A stretch of DNA of 62,147 nt, filler included, from Candidatus Woesearchaeota archaeon CG1_02_57_44 (GTDB taxonomy: Archaea > Nanobdellota > Nanobdellia > Woesearchaeales > CG1-02-57-44): NCBI GenBank assembly GCA_001871415.1. It is 5 parts of 5 records of this genome, joined end to end, with 100 filler letters (N's around TTAATTAATTAA, not from the genome) between each part and the next. Parts side by side here need not be neighbours in the genome. Positions count along the whole stretch, not along the records: positions 1 to 10,671 come from MNWW01000059.1; 4 more parts are not named here. One strand, 5' to 3'. This document shows, piece by piece, positions 1 through 7,498 of this stretch. The position numbers and the translations under genes were made by a program. Numbering within the stretch: position 1 is the stretch's first letter; each line of letters starts with the position of its first letter. The notes under the pieces were generated by a model that saw only the letters and a program-made list of their open reading frames with translations, did not search any database and was not told the origin of the DNA.

Positions 1-104
1 CGAGAGGTAAGGGCGCGATGGTCCTGTCACCAGAGACGCAAGCGGAATTTCAGCGCCTTGTCGAAGGACACCGTCGTCTGCTTGAGGCGATAGGGAAGCT
101 GTAG
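1..104 (+). CDS. 3' part of a small hypothetical ORF (...MVLSPETQAEFQRLVEGHRRLLEAIGKL*), duplicated at 32524-32627
   Basis: Open frame ending in TAG at 102-104, just before the repeated element; at the contig start. Confidence 0.4.
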   Translation, partial: RGKGAMVLSPETQAEFQRLVEGHRRLLEAIGKL

Positions 105-106
105 TG

Positions 107-243
107 TTATTGCAAAGCACGGGGTTGAATACCCCGTCCTTCAGGACGTGCTTTGCAATTCAAAAATCCGCCTGCAATGACGAGGCGCGGTAATACCGCG
201 GCCTTCAGGCCGCGGTTAGCGCCGAGTGGTGGATTTTTGTTAT
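107..243 (+). mobile_element. ~137-bp non-autonomous double-hairpin element, copy 1 (IS200/IS605-like MITE or REP-like)
   Basis: Bounded by TTAT at both ends. Two nested stem-loops: ATTGCAAAGCAC/GTGCTTTGCAAT (109-159) and CAAAAATCCGCC/GGTGGATTTTTG (161-239). Each contains AATA-CC-stem-TTCA-stem. Five copies in the window. Confidence 0.8.
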
Positions 244-266
244 CTCATCGTTCATCTCCCGTCGTG

Positions 267-623
267 ATGAAAGACCTTGCTCCTGCGATTACCCGTCAGC
301 GGCTTCTGCTGGAGGGCTTCTACGCGATTCCTGTCGATACGATCGTCATCGCAGACTACTTCGACACCGTCACAAAAGCCCTGGGCTTGCGCATGTACGG
401 CGAGCCGGTCATCTTCTCGCCCGGCGGCGAGGGCAAAGAGGAGAACCAGGGCTATGACGCGTTCGTGCCGCTCATTGATTCAGGCATATCATTGTACATC
501 TGGTCCAATGCCCGGTTCCTCTCGCTCATCATCTATACCTGCAAGGCGTTTGATGAGAAGAAGGCCATAGTGGTCACAAAAGAGTTCTTCAGGATGACAG
601 AGACGCAAGCGCAAGGGTTCTGA
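267..623 (+). CDS. S-adenosylmethionine decarboxylase-like (pyruvoyl-dependent) protein
   Basis: GYDAFVPLIDSGISLYIW...IIYTCKAFD resembles the SpeD cleavage region and TC motif. The upstream extension in the ORF track is just the repeat element. Confidence 0.65.
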   Translation: MKDLAPAITRQRLLLEGFYAIPVDTIVIADYFDTVTKALGLRMYGEPVIFSPGGEGKEENQGYDAFVPLIDSGISLYIWSNARFLSLIIYTCKAFDEKKAIVVTKEFFRMTETQAQGF

Positions 624-676
624 GCCTCTCGACCAATCCACAAGCAATAAATACAACTGTATATTTCATTATACAT

Positions 677-1291
677 ATGTCTACAAAATTAAGTATAACA
701 GAGACTACATTGCAGATTCTGGCACTCTTCACTCACGGTTTTGACCGCCAATACTATATCCGCGAAGTCGGTACGCTGCTGTTCATCAGCCCGCGCGCAG
801 CGCAGCTCAACCTTGAGTCGCTGGAAAGCAGGGGCGTGCTTGCATCGACCACACGGGGCAAGATACGATTGTTCAGGCTGCAGCACAATGCCCTGGCAAA
901 GGAGTACCTGCTTTTGGCTGAGCAGCACAAGACCATCACGTTTCTGCAGCATAATCCGATAATTCACGAAATCACGGATAAGGCGACCCCCCATATGCAG
1001 GGTATCTGCCTGGTGTTCGGCAGCTATGCCCGTGGGAGCGAGAAAAAAGGTTCTGACCTTGACGTGTTCATTGCCGGAAGCGCGGACAAGACAAGACTCA
1101 CCGCCATCGGGAAGACATACGGTATCGGTGTACATCTTACGGTTTATTCTCCGGATATTTTTTTAAGGGGCATCAGGTCTGACGCCCTGGTAAGGGAAGT
1201 CCTGCAGGACCATGTGGTGATAGCCGATGCGGGAAAGTTTATCCGAGCAGTCATCAGCAGCGATGATCACGTGGTGCTGGAAAAAGCGTAG
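677..1291 (+). CDS. HTH plus minimal nucleotidyltransferase (MNT) antitoxin-like protein
   Basis: N-terminal wHTH (YYIREVGTLL); VFGSYARG...SDLDVFI motif. Confidence 0.85.
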   Translation: MSTKLSITETTLQILALFTHGFDRQYYIREVGTLLFISPRAAQLNLESLESRGVLASTTRGKIRLFRLQHNALAKEYLLLAEQHKTITFLQHNPIIHEITDKATPHMQGICLVFGSYARGSEKKGSDLDVFIAGSADKTRLTAIGKTYGIGVHLTVYSPDIFLRGIRSDALVREVLQDHVVIADAGKFIRAVISSDDHVVLEKA

Positions 1292-1733
1292 TGGGCTGCT
1301 ATTGTCAGAGCCCAATGGGAATCTTGCGGACGCGTATGTCAAGAAAGCGGAAGAGGCGTTGTTTGCCCTGGGCGAACTGACCGTCCCATCATGGCAGATA
1401 GCTGCCGCCTACTATGCCATGTATTTCTCGCTGTACGCGGTGCTGGTGAGGATAGGCATTCGCTCAGAGATCCATGCGTGTACACTGGCGTGCGCGCGTG
1501 TATAGTTGAAGAATTTTTTTACCGATGATGACCTGGATTTCCTTGAGGCGTCCATGAATGCAAGGATTGACGCGCAGTATCATGTAGGCCGGGATGTATC
1601 GATAGCGCAACGTAAGGAGCTGTACGAAAAGGCGCCGGCATTTATGGTGCAGGCGAAAAATGTGCTCAGGACGCTGTCTGCAAAGGACATCGGCCGCATC
1701 CGAATGTTACTGCCTAGAACAGCGCGTAGATGA
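1263..1733 (+). pseudogene. HEPN-domain protein interrupted by an in-frame TAG at 1503-1505
   Basis: AYYAMYFSLYAVL...SEIHAC, then TAG, then the same frame continues LKNFF...RIDAQY; overlaps the MNT gene. Confidence 0.75.
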
Positions 1734-1869
1734 ACGGGCTGAGCGCGCTGCTCTGGCTGAAGATGATGAGCGCTCCCACGATGATGAGCATGAGCAGCAT
1801 GGGGATGAGCCAGTAGGCCTTGCGCTTCCTGAGGAACTGCCAGAACTCGCTGAAGAGGGAACGTGCCAT
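1714..1869 (-). CDS. DUF5989/SxtK-like small membrane protein (51 aa; not in the ORF track)
   Basis: MARSLFSEFWQFLRKRKAYWLIPMLLMLIIVGALIIFSQSSALSPFIYALF; typical companion of carbamoyltransferase genes. Confidence 0.85.
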   Translation of the reverse strand: MARSLFSEFWQFLRKRKAYWLIPMLLMLIIVGALIIFSQSSALSPFIYALF

Positions 1870-1873
1870 GGTT

Positions 1874-2977
1874 TCACCGAAGTAAGCCGCTGCTTTTTAA
1901 ATTTTTTCCAACCGCGGATGCCCCGATCGCATGCCCGGTGGAGGTCCAGTGCCCGTCCGCCACAAAGTAATTGCTCCTGTCGCCGGAGAGCTCCTGCATC
2001 GGGTCGATGAAGAGCGCGTTCTCGCGCGCCGCCCAGTCTGACAGGATGCGCTGCGGCAGGGTCCTGTCATAGTGGCCCGTGAGTCCATAGGCCTGCTGAG
2101 CCTGCTCCAGCAGCGAGGGATAGACCTGCAGTTTGGTCGGGACGAAGACGATGCCGAATACGCTGCCGCGCATGGCCGCCTCCTCGCGCATCAAGGTCAG
2201 CTCCGATAGCGTCTGTTGCCAGTGCGCGTCGCTCTCATCCATCTGCAGGATGCTCAGCGAGGACCGTGCGCCTCCCTTATCCAGCAGCTTCCTGCCAAGG
2301 GCAGAGTTGCGCGCCAGGCGTCCGAAGTAGACATACGACTCACTCTTTTCATACAGCAAGGCGCGAAGCTTGTTCATCAGTGTCAAGGGTGAATGAAACA
2401 TCTGCCCGCGGTAGAAATAGTACCCTGCGGGTCCGGTGGCGTTGAACGCTGCGTTGTCCCAGAGGTCAGTATCGATGACAAAGAGCACCAGGGTGATGTC
2501 GGGAACCATCCCGTCGGCTATCTCCTGCTCCATGACGAGCCGCTCCTGGATGGTGCTGTAGCCAGGCACTCCCCTTGACACCACCTGCCATCCCGGCGGC
2601 ACCTGTTCTTGCAGACGCGAGGCGAAGCTCTGTTGCCACGGAACGCCCCAGCCGAACAGGAATGAGTCGCCAAGGAGTAGGATGCTGTGGTTGGCTGTCG
2701 CTGAGGATGGAACCGCTTGCTGTCCGTCGAAACGCCATCCATCCGCGTCCGTGGTTACTGCGACATCAAACTCCTGACTGCGCTGCAGACCTGAGAATTT
2801 CGTCGCAAGCTTGTAGCCTAGCGCATCGTCCTCCACGAACAGCCCGGGCGGCCAGCCCTGCACCTTGCCCGGCAAGGCCACCCGTACCGCGACCTCCAGC
2901 ACGAGTAGAAACACCACGACGCTACCAACGAGCAGCGCCAGGTTCTGCCACCATTCAGTCTGTCGCGAGCGCTTCAC
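1874..2977 (-). CDS. Membrane-anchored SGNH/GDSL hydrolase-family protein
   Basis: N-terminal TM; LGDSF block I; GVPGYST; DGHWTSTGH (DxH). Confidence 0.8.
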   Translation of the reverse strand: MKRSRQTEWWQNLALLVGSVVVFLLVLEVAVRVALPGKVQGWPPGLFVEDDALGYKLATKFSGLQRSQEFDVAVTTDADGWRFDGQQAVPSSATANHSILLLGDSFLFGWGVPWQQSFASRLQEQVPPGWQVVSRGVPGYSTIQERLVMEQEIADGMVPDITLVLFVIDTDLWDNAAFNATGPAGYYFYRGQMFHSPLTLMNKLRALLYEKSESYVYFGRLARNSALGRKLLDKGGARSSLSILQMDESDAHWQQTLSELTLMREEAAMRGSVFGIVFVPTKLQVYPSLLEQAQQAYGLTGHYDRTLPQRILSDWAARENALFIDPMQELSGDRSNYFVADGHWTSTGHAIGASAVGKNLKSSGLLR

Positions 2978-4688
2978 TGTCCCACATGTCCTTCGGATTA
3001 TCGTCGCGCTTGATGAGGAAGCGGTCCATGACCAGATAGTCGATGCCCGTCCCCATCATGCACCGGTACGCGTCGTGGGGCGTGCAGACAATGGGCTCGC
3101 CCCGGATATTGAAGCTGGTATTGATGAGCACTGGCACCTTGGTTATCTTCTCGAACGCCTTGATGACGCCGTAGTAGCGCGGGTTCTGCTCCTTGCTGAT
3201 GGTCTGCATCCTGCCTGAGCCATCCACGTGCGTGACTGATGGTATTATCTTGCGCTTCTCTTTCCTGACAGGGAAGATGAAGAGCATGTAGGGCACCTCG
3301 TCGCGCTTCATCTCAAACCAGTCATTCGCGTCCTCGACCGTCACCACAGGGGCGAAGGGCCGGAATTTCTCGCGATGCTTGACCTTGAGGTTGAGGATCT
3401 CCTTCATGTCCGGATTGCTGGCGTTGGACAGGATGCTCCTGCTGCCAAGCGCTCGCGGGCCCCATTCCATGCGGCCCTGGAACCAGCCGATGACATTATC
3501 CTCCGCGATGAGCTTGGCCGTGGTATCCATCATCTCCTTGTCCGTCTTGAACGTGCTATAGATGATGCTGTTGGCCTTCAGGTAATCCTCAATCTCTGTG
3601 GTGGAGTATTCAGGACCGAGGTACGCATGGGTCTGCTTGTACACGCGCTTCTTGCCTAGGATGGTGTTGTAGGTGTAGATTGCTGCGCCCAAGCTCGTGC
3701 CCGCGTCGCTGGCAGCGGGCTGTATCCATATCTTCTTGAAGGGGGTCTTATCGAGTATCTTGCCATTGGCCACCGTGTTCAGGGCCACGCCGCCTGCCAT
3801 GCACAGGTTGTCCAGCTTGGTCTCCTGGTGCAGGTAGTTGAGCAGGCCGAAGATGATTTCTTCTGTTATGACCTGCAGCGAGGAGGCGATATCCTCGTAA
3901 TGATGCGTCATCGGATCGCTTGGCTTGCGTGGCTTGCCGAAGAGCTCGATGAACTTTGGACCGGGCATGGTCATCTTGTAATGATAGACAAAATAGCTCA
4001 TGTCCAGTGCATAGCTGCCGTCCTTGGCAATCCTGATGAGCTTGCGGAACTTGTCCACGTGCTTTGGCTTGCCGTAGGGGGCAAGGCCCATGACCTTGTA
4101 TTCTGAGTTGTTGACCGTGAATCCCAGGAATGCGGTGACCGTGCTGTAGAGCAGCCCGAGTGAGTGCGGGAACTTGATCTCCTTGGTCAGGTGGATGTCA
4201 TTGCCGTCGCCGACGCCAAGCGTGGTGGTGCTCCACTCGCCAACGCCGTCCACCGTGAGTATCGCCGCTTTCTCGAACGGGCTGGGCAGAAAAGCGCTGG
4301 CCGCATGAGCAAGGTGATGCTCAATGAAGAGCACATCGCCTTTGTAGCCGGTCTTCTTGGCGATGGTCTTGGGCACGCGAAGCTTCTCGACCATCCAGGA
4401 TGGCATGGCCTTATGGAATGAGGGGAAGCTCTTGGGCCACGCCTGGAAGTGCTGGGCCATGAGCCGCTCGAACTTGAGGATGGGCTTCTCATAGAACGCG
4501 ATATGATCAAGCTGCTTGCCCATGATGCCCGCTTCTTTGAGGCAGTAGTTGATGGCGTTGAGGGGGAAGCTGGTATCATGCTTCTTGCGCGTGAAGCGCT
4601 CTTCCTCAGCTGCCGCGATGATGATGCCGTCCTTGAGGATGGCTGCCGCGGAATCATGGTAGTAGCAGGATATGCCTAGGATATACAT
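2955..4688 (-). CDS. O-carbamoyltransferase (NodU/CmcH/SxtI family)
   Basis: MYILGISCYYHDSAA, EEERFTRKKHD, EHHLAHAASAF, GPRALGSRSIL, FRPFAP, NTSFN. Confidence 0.95.
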   Translation of the reverse strand: MYILGISCYYHDSAAAILKDGIIIAAAEEERFTRKKHDTSFPLNAINYCLKEAGIMGKQLDHIAFYEKPILKFERLMAQHFQAWPKSFPSFHKAMPSWMVEKLRVPKTIAKKTGYKGDVLFIEHHLAHAASAFLPSPFEKAAILTVDGVGEWSTTTLGVGDGNDIHLTKEIKFPHSLGLLYSTVTAFLGFTVNNSEYKVMGLAPYGKPKHVDKFRKLIRIAKDGSYALDMSYFVYHYKMTMPGPKFIELFGKPRKPSDPMTHHYEDIASSLQVITEEIIFGLLNYLHQETKLDNLCMAGGVALNTVANGKILDKTPFKKIWIQPAASDAGTSLGAAIYTYNTILGKKRVYKQTHAYLGPEYSTTEIEDYLKANSIIYSTFKTDKEMMDTTAKLIAEDNVIGWFQGRMEWGPRALGSRSILSNASNPDMKEILNLKVKHREKFRPFAPVVTVEDANDWFEMKRDEVPYMLFIFPVRKEKRKIIPSVTHVDGSGRMQTISKEQNPRYYGVIKAFEKITKVPVLINTSFNIRGEPIVCTPHDAYRCMMGTGIDYLVMDRFLIKRDDNPKDMWDSEALATD

Positions 4689-4699
4689 TGCGTCATTCC

Positions 4700-4996
4700 T
4701 CAAAATTGATTCTTGTATTCATCCAGCTTCTTGGTGCGGATGTCGATGGCTGTATAGTAGGTCTCCTTCTCCTTGTCGCCAAGGTCAAGGTATTGCTTGC
4801 CAAGGAGCTTGCTTGGCAGCGCGACGATGCCGATGCCGATGACGTAGGTCGCGAGGAGCAGGATCCAGTTGACGATATTGCCGATGGTCCTGCCGATTGG
4901 CTCCATGACGAACAGGATGGTCTGCCCAAAGGGCGTGAGCACTTCACGATAGATTGGTCCGAAAAATCGCTGTAAAAAACCGCCTTTTGAGCCCAT
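4700..4996 (-). CDS. SxtJ-like small membrane protein
   Basis: Hydrophobic segment and C-terminal NQF; immediately upstream of the carbamoyltransferase. Confidence 0.65.
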   Translation of the reverse strand: MGSKGGFLQRFFGPIYREVLTPFGQTILFVMEPIGRTIGNIVNWILLLATYVIGIGIVALPSKLLGKQYLDLGDKEKETYYTAIDIRTKKLDEYKNQF

Positions 4997-5183
4997 GGCT
5001 TGGCGGATTGGGGGGTTCTTTAAAATTTTTTCCAGTCAGTGGTTTTGACACGGTACTGGTATGGTTCAATTCTTTCCCAGTCGAGGACAACAGTGAAGCG
5101 GGCAGATAGATGTTTGTTTCTTACTCTTCTGCCTAACAGTCACATGAGCAATAATTAAATACTCGCTCATCACCAGCATTGCT

Positions 5184-5288
5184 ATGAAATTCCACACCCT
5201 TGTTGTTCTGGCGCTCATCGCCCTGCTGGTGTTCCTCATCTACACCTATGTGACGCAGGGCCCAGGGCCTATGCTAGGTGGAGCTTAA
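5184..5288 (+). CDS. Putative 34-aa single-TM peptide
   Basis: MKFHTLVVLALIALLVFLIYTYVTQGPGPMLGGA; TATA-like AATTAAATA about 25-30 nt upstream. Confidence 0.5.
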   Translation: MKFHTLVVLALIALLVFLIYTYVTQGPGPMLGGA

Positions 5289-5455
5289 GGCCGCTGATTG
5301 GGCGTGCCTGTCCTGAGGGAGTATGCGCTTCTGCATGCCATGCATTACTCTGCAGAATCTGTGTAGTGCCAATTCATGCCTTGTCACACCTTTCCATATC
5401 TTTATATAACGCCAAACACTACCACGCTGCGGGGGTGGATAGTGTGGATCCAGTT

Positions 5456-5575
5456 ATGTGGGATTACGTGAAGGTGGAAGGTACGACAATGATCCACCGG
5501 CAGGTAGAGTTCAGGAACGGTTTGACCTATATGCGCGCCAAGAAGCGCCCGGTCATGCTCGTGAGCAGGGCATAG
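5456..5575 (+). CDS. Small hypothetical protein (39 aa)
   Basis: MWDYVKVEG...; downstream of TTTATATA at 5401; ends 10 nt before the M50 gene. Confidence 0.35.
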   Translation: MWDYVKVEGTTMIHRQVEFRNGLTYMRAKKRPVMLVSRA

Positions 5576-5584
5576 AGGTCTGCC

Positions 5585-6145
5585 ATGAAACAAGAACTCC
5601 GTGACCTGCTGGTCGCCTGGGTTGTGGTGTCCTTGGCGTTCGCCATTGCCCAGGTCGGATTTTTTTCTATTTTCTCTACTGCAGGATTCCTCATCATCCT
5701 CGCGTTCGCCCTGACCGTGGGCATCGGCTTCATTGGTCATGAGCTTGCACACCGCGTGGTCGCGCGCCGCTATGGCTGCTGGGCAGAATTCCGGGCAGAC
5801 TTTCAGATGCTCACGCTAGCAATCATCATGTCGTTCTTTGGTTTTGTGTTCGCGGCGCCTGGAGCGGTCTATATCCATGGCAATGTGGACAAGCGCAGGC
5901 ACGGCCATATCGCAGCAGCAGGTCCTGCGGCAAATATACTGCTAGCCGCGCTCTTCCTGCTCCTCCTCCAGATAGTGCCTTGGCCGGTCTTCTGGCTGGG
6001 CGCGTACGCCAACGCGTTCCTGGCCGTCTTCAACATGTTGCCTTTCGGCCCCTTTGACGGCGCGAAGGTATTGCGCTGGGGATGGCTGCCATACACAGGC
6101 ATGATGGTCGCGTCGGTGATACTGCTCGTGATGGCCTACAGCTGA
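5585..6145 (+). CDS. Site-2 protease (M50) family zinc metalloprotease
   Basis: HELAH, AAAGP and NMLPFGPFDG motifs; multiple TMs. Confidence 0.9.
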   Translation: MKQELRDLLVAWVVVSLAFAIAQVGFFSIFSTAGFLIILAFALTVGIGFIGHELAHRVVARRYGCWAEFRADFQMLTLAIIMSFFGFVFAAPGAVYIHGNVDKRRHGHIAAAGPAANILLAALFLLLLQIVPWPVFWLGAYANAFLAVFNMLPFGPFDGAKVLRWGWLPYTGMMVASVILLVMAYS

Positions 6146-6255
6146 TATTGACCAGGCGTTGATCGATAATTGACCAATACTGCTCTGCTTATTCCCTCAT
6201 GAAAACGCGGACAAGCATCGAGCTCCATTTTCAGATTCTGCGCAAAGAGAAAAAC

Positions 6256-6380
6256 TGGGGGCGCTGCGATTCGAACGCAGATTAGGTGGTATCTTCATCG
6301 TGCGATTGTCTAGTCATCGCCTTGCGGCTCATCGCTCCATTCTGGAGCCACCTGTTCTAACCAGGTTATACTACGCCCCC
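6256..6380 (-). tRNA. tRNA-Trp(CCA) with a 51-nt intron at 37/38 (6291-6341)
   Basis: Acceptor GGGGGCG/CGCCCCC; anticodon stem GGTGG/CCACC with CT-CCA-G; T arm CTGCG-TTCGAAT-CGCAG. Confidence 0.92.
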
Positions 6381-6432
6381 TGGTGGCAGGACGAAAAACC
6401 AGGCCCCTTTATAAGGTTTCGTTCAGAAATTC

Positions 6433-6993
6433 TCACACCAAAACGCTCAGGCCATATCCTCCCAGAAACAGCAGGACCATCAGGAGCAGCGCGGCCCAAT
6501 TCGGTAGCTCCCTGACATTGAACAATCCTTCATACACGATGACCATCAGGTAGGCGATGCCGATGACAAACACGCCCAGGGATAGGGCGCCGGCGCCGAG
6601 ATACGCCAGCACGTGGCTGACCGCGAGCGTGCCAACGAACAGCGGCAGCATGACCATGATATAGTAGGCGAACAGCTCATGATCCCCTGTTCCTCCCATA
6701 ACATCAGACACAACCTCCAGCAGCCAGACCGCCAGCATATACCCTATCAATCCTAGTATGCCAAACACGAGGAACCCAAACAGCAGTGACTGCGGGTTCA
6801 TGGCCTCCCTGACCATGGTGCCGTCGGCTTGCTTGACCATGGGGAAGATGCCGACAACGAGTCCCAATACTGCAAAATTCAGGAACGCGCCGACAATGCT
6901 GGTCATCTTGTCATGCGGCTGCATGTCCTGCCAGGCAGTGGTCGGTCTTATGATGAGCGCCCACTGGTCCCGCAGGGTCTGACGGATGTCCAT
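6433..6993 (-). CDS. Yip1-like membrane protein
   Basis: IIRPTTAW N-terminal motif; about 5 TMs. Confidence 0.65.
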   Translation of the reverse strand: MDIRQTLRDQWALIIRPTTAWQDMQPHDKMTSIVGAFLNFAVLGLVVGIFPMVKQADGTMVREAMNPQSLLFGFLVFGILGLIGYMLAVWLLEVVSDVMGGTGDHELFAYYIMVMLPLFVGTLAVSHVLAYLGAGALSLGVFVIGIAYLMVIVYEGLFNVRELPNWAALLLMVLLFLGGYGLSVLV

Positions 6994-7015
6994 GCGCGAT
7001 TTATTGCCTGGTTCC

Positions 7016-7408
7016 TTATATAATCTTTTCCATTCGCAGGCCTTTTTCGTCCCAGGATAGTCGTGTTCCAAGTGGTACGCGCGTAGCTGTCCCCTGCGGC
7101 ACCTCGAGCACATACTGCCCGCGCATCCTGCTGTTCCAGAACCGCCACGGGAGCAACGTCGCCTTTTCCATCACCCGCCGCTCAGCGTCGAGGACAAGCA
7201 CATCGATGGGATAGGTCACAAAGAACATATGCAGCCGTATGATGATAGGTCTGCTGAACGTAAAGACCATGCAGAACGGATTCCATCGATCCCCATTGCG
7301 AGGGCTTCTGGTGAACATCAGGCCTTTTGCTTTTGTCCAGGCAGTGTCACCCATAGTGACATCGCACTGGATGATTCTCGTCGACAAATCTTTCACTGCT
7401 GGTACCAC
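7016..7408 (-). CDS. DUF192 family protein
   Basis: KAKGLMF, HMFFVTYPIDVLVLD, YVLEVP. Confidence 0.85.
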   Translation of the reverse strand: MVPAVKDLSTRIIQCDVTMGDTAWTKAKGLMFTRSPRNGDRWNPFCMVFTFSRPIIIRLHMFFVTYPIDVLVLDAERRVMEKATLLPWRFWNSRMRGQYVLEVPQGTATRVPLGTRLSWDEKGLRMEKII

Positions 7409-7498
7409 GGTCCATTAGGTGCACCAAAAGCTTTTTAAACTTGCCCCTCTCCACAAGCTATTCGCATATTCATATCGGATATGAGGGGGGTACAGACT

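Noticed and set aside
107..243. Integron attC-type cassette site
   Set aside because: No RYYYAAC/GTTRRRY pair, no integrase, and the copies are not arrayed between single genes
153..266. N-terminal extensions MQFKNPPAMTRRG... on ORFs 153 and 32676, and ORFs 10796, 20755, 21036
   Set aside because: These are translations of the repeated element or fold-back, not real coding sequence
1503..1505. Genome-wide TAG recoding or pyrrolysine
   Set aside because: TAG terminates conserved genes at expected ends (eL41, DUF5989, dnaG); no pyl genes seen
1714..4996. Saxitoxin biosynthesis
   Set aside because: No sxtA, sxtG, sxtB or other core genes; only the widespread carbamoylation module is present
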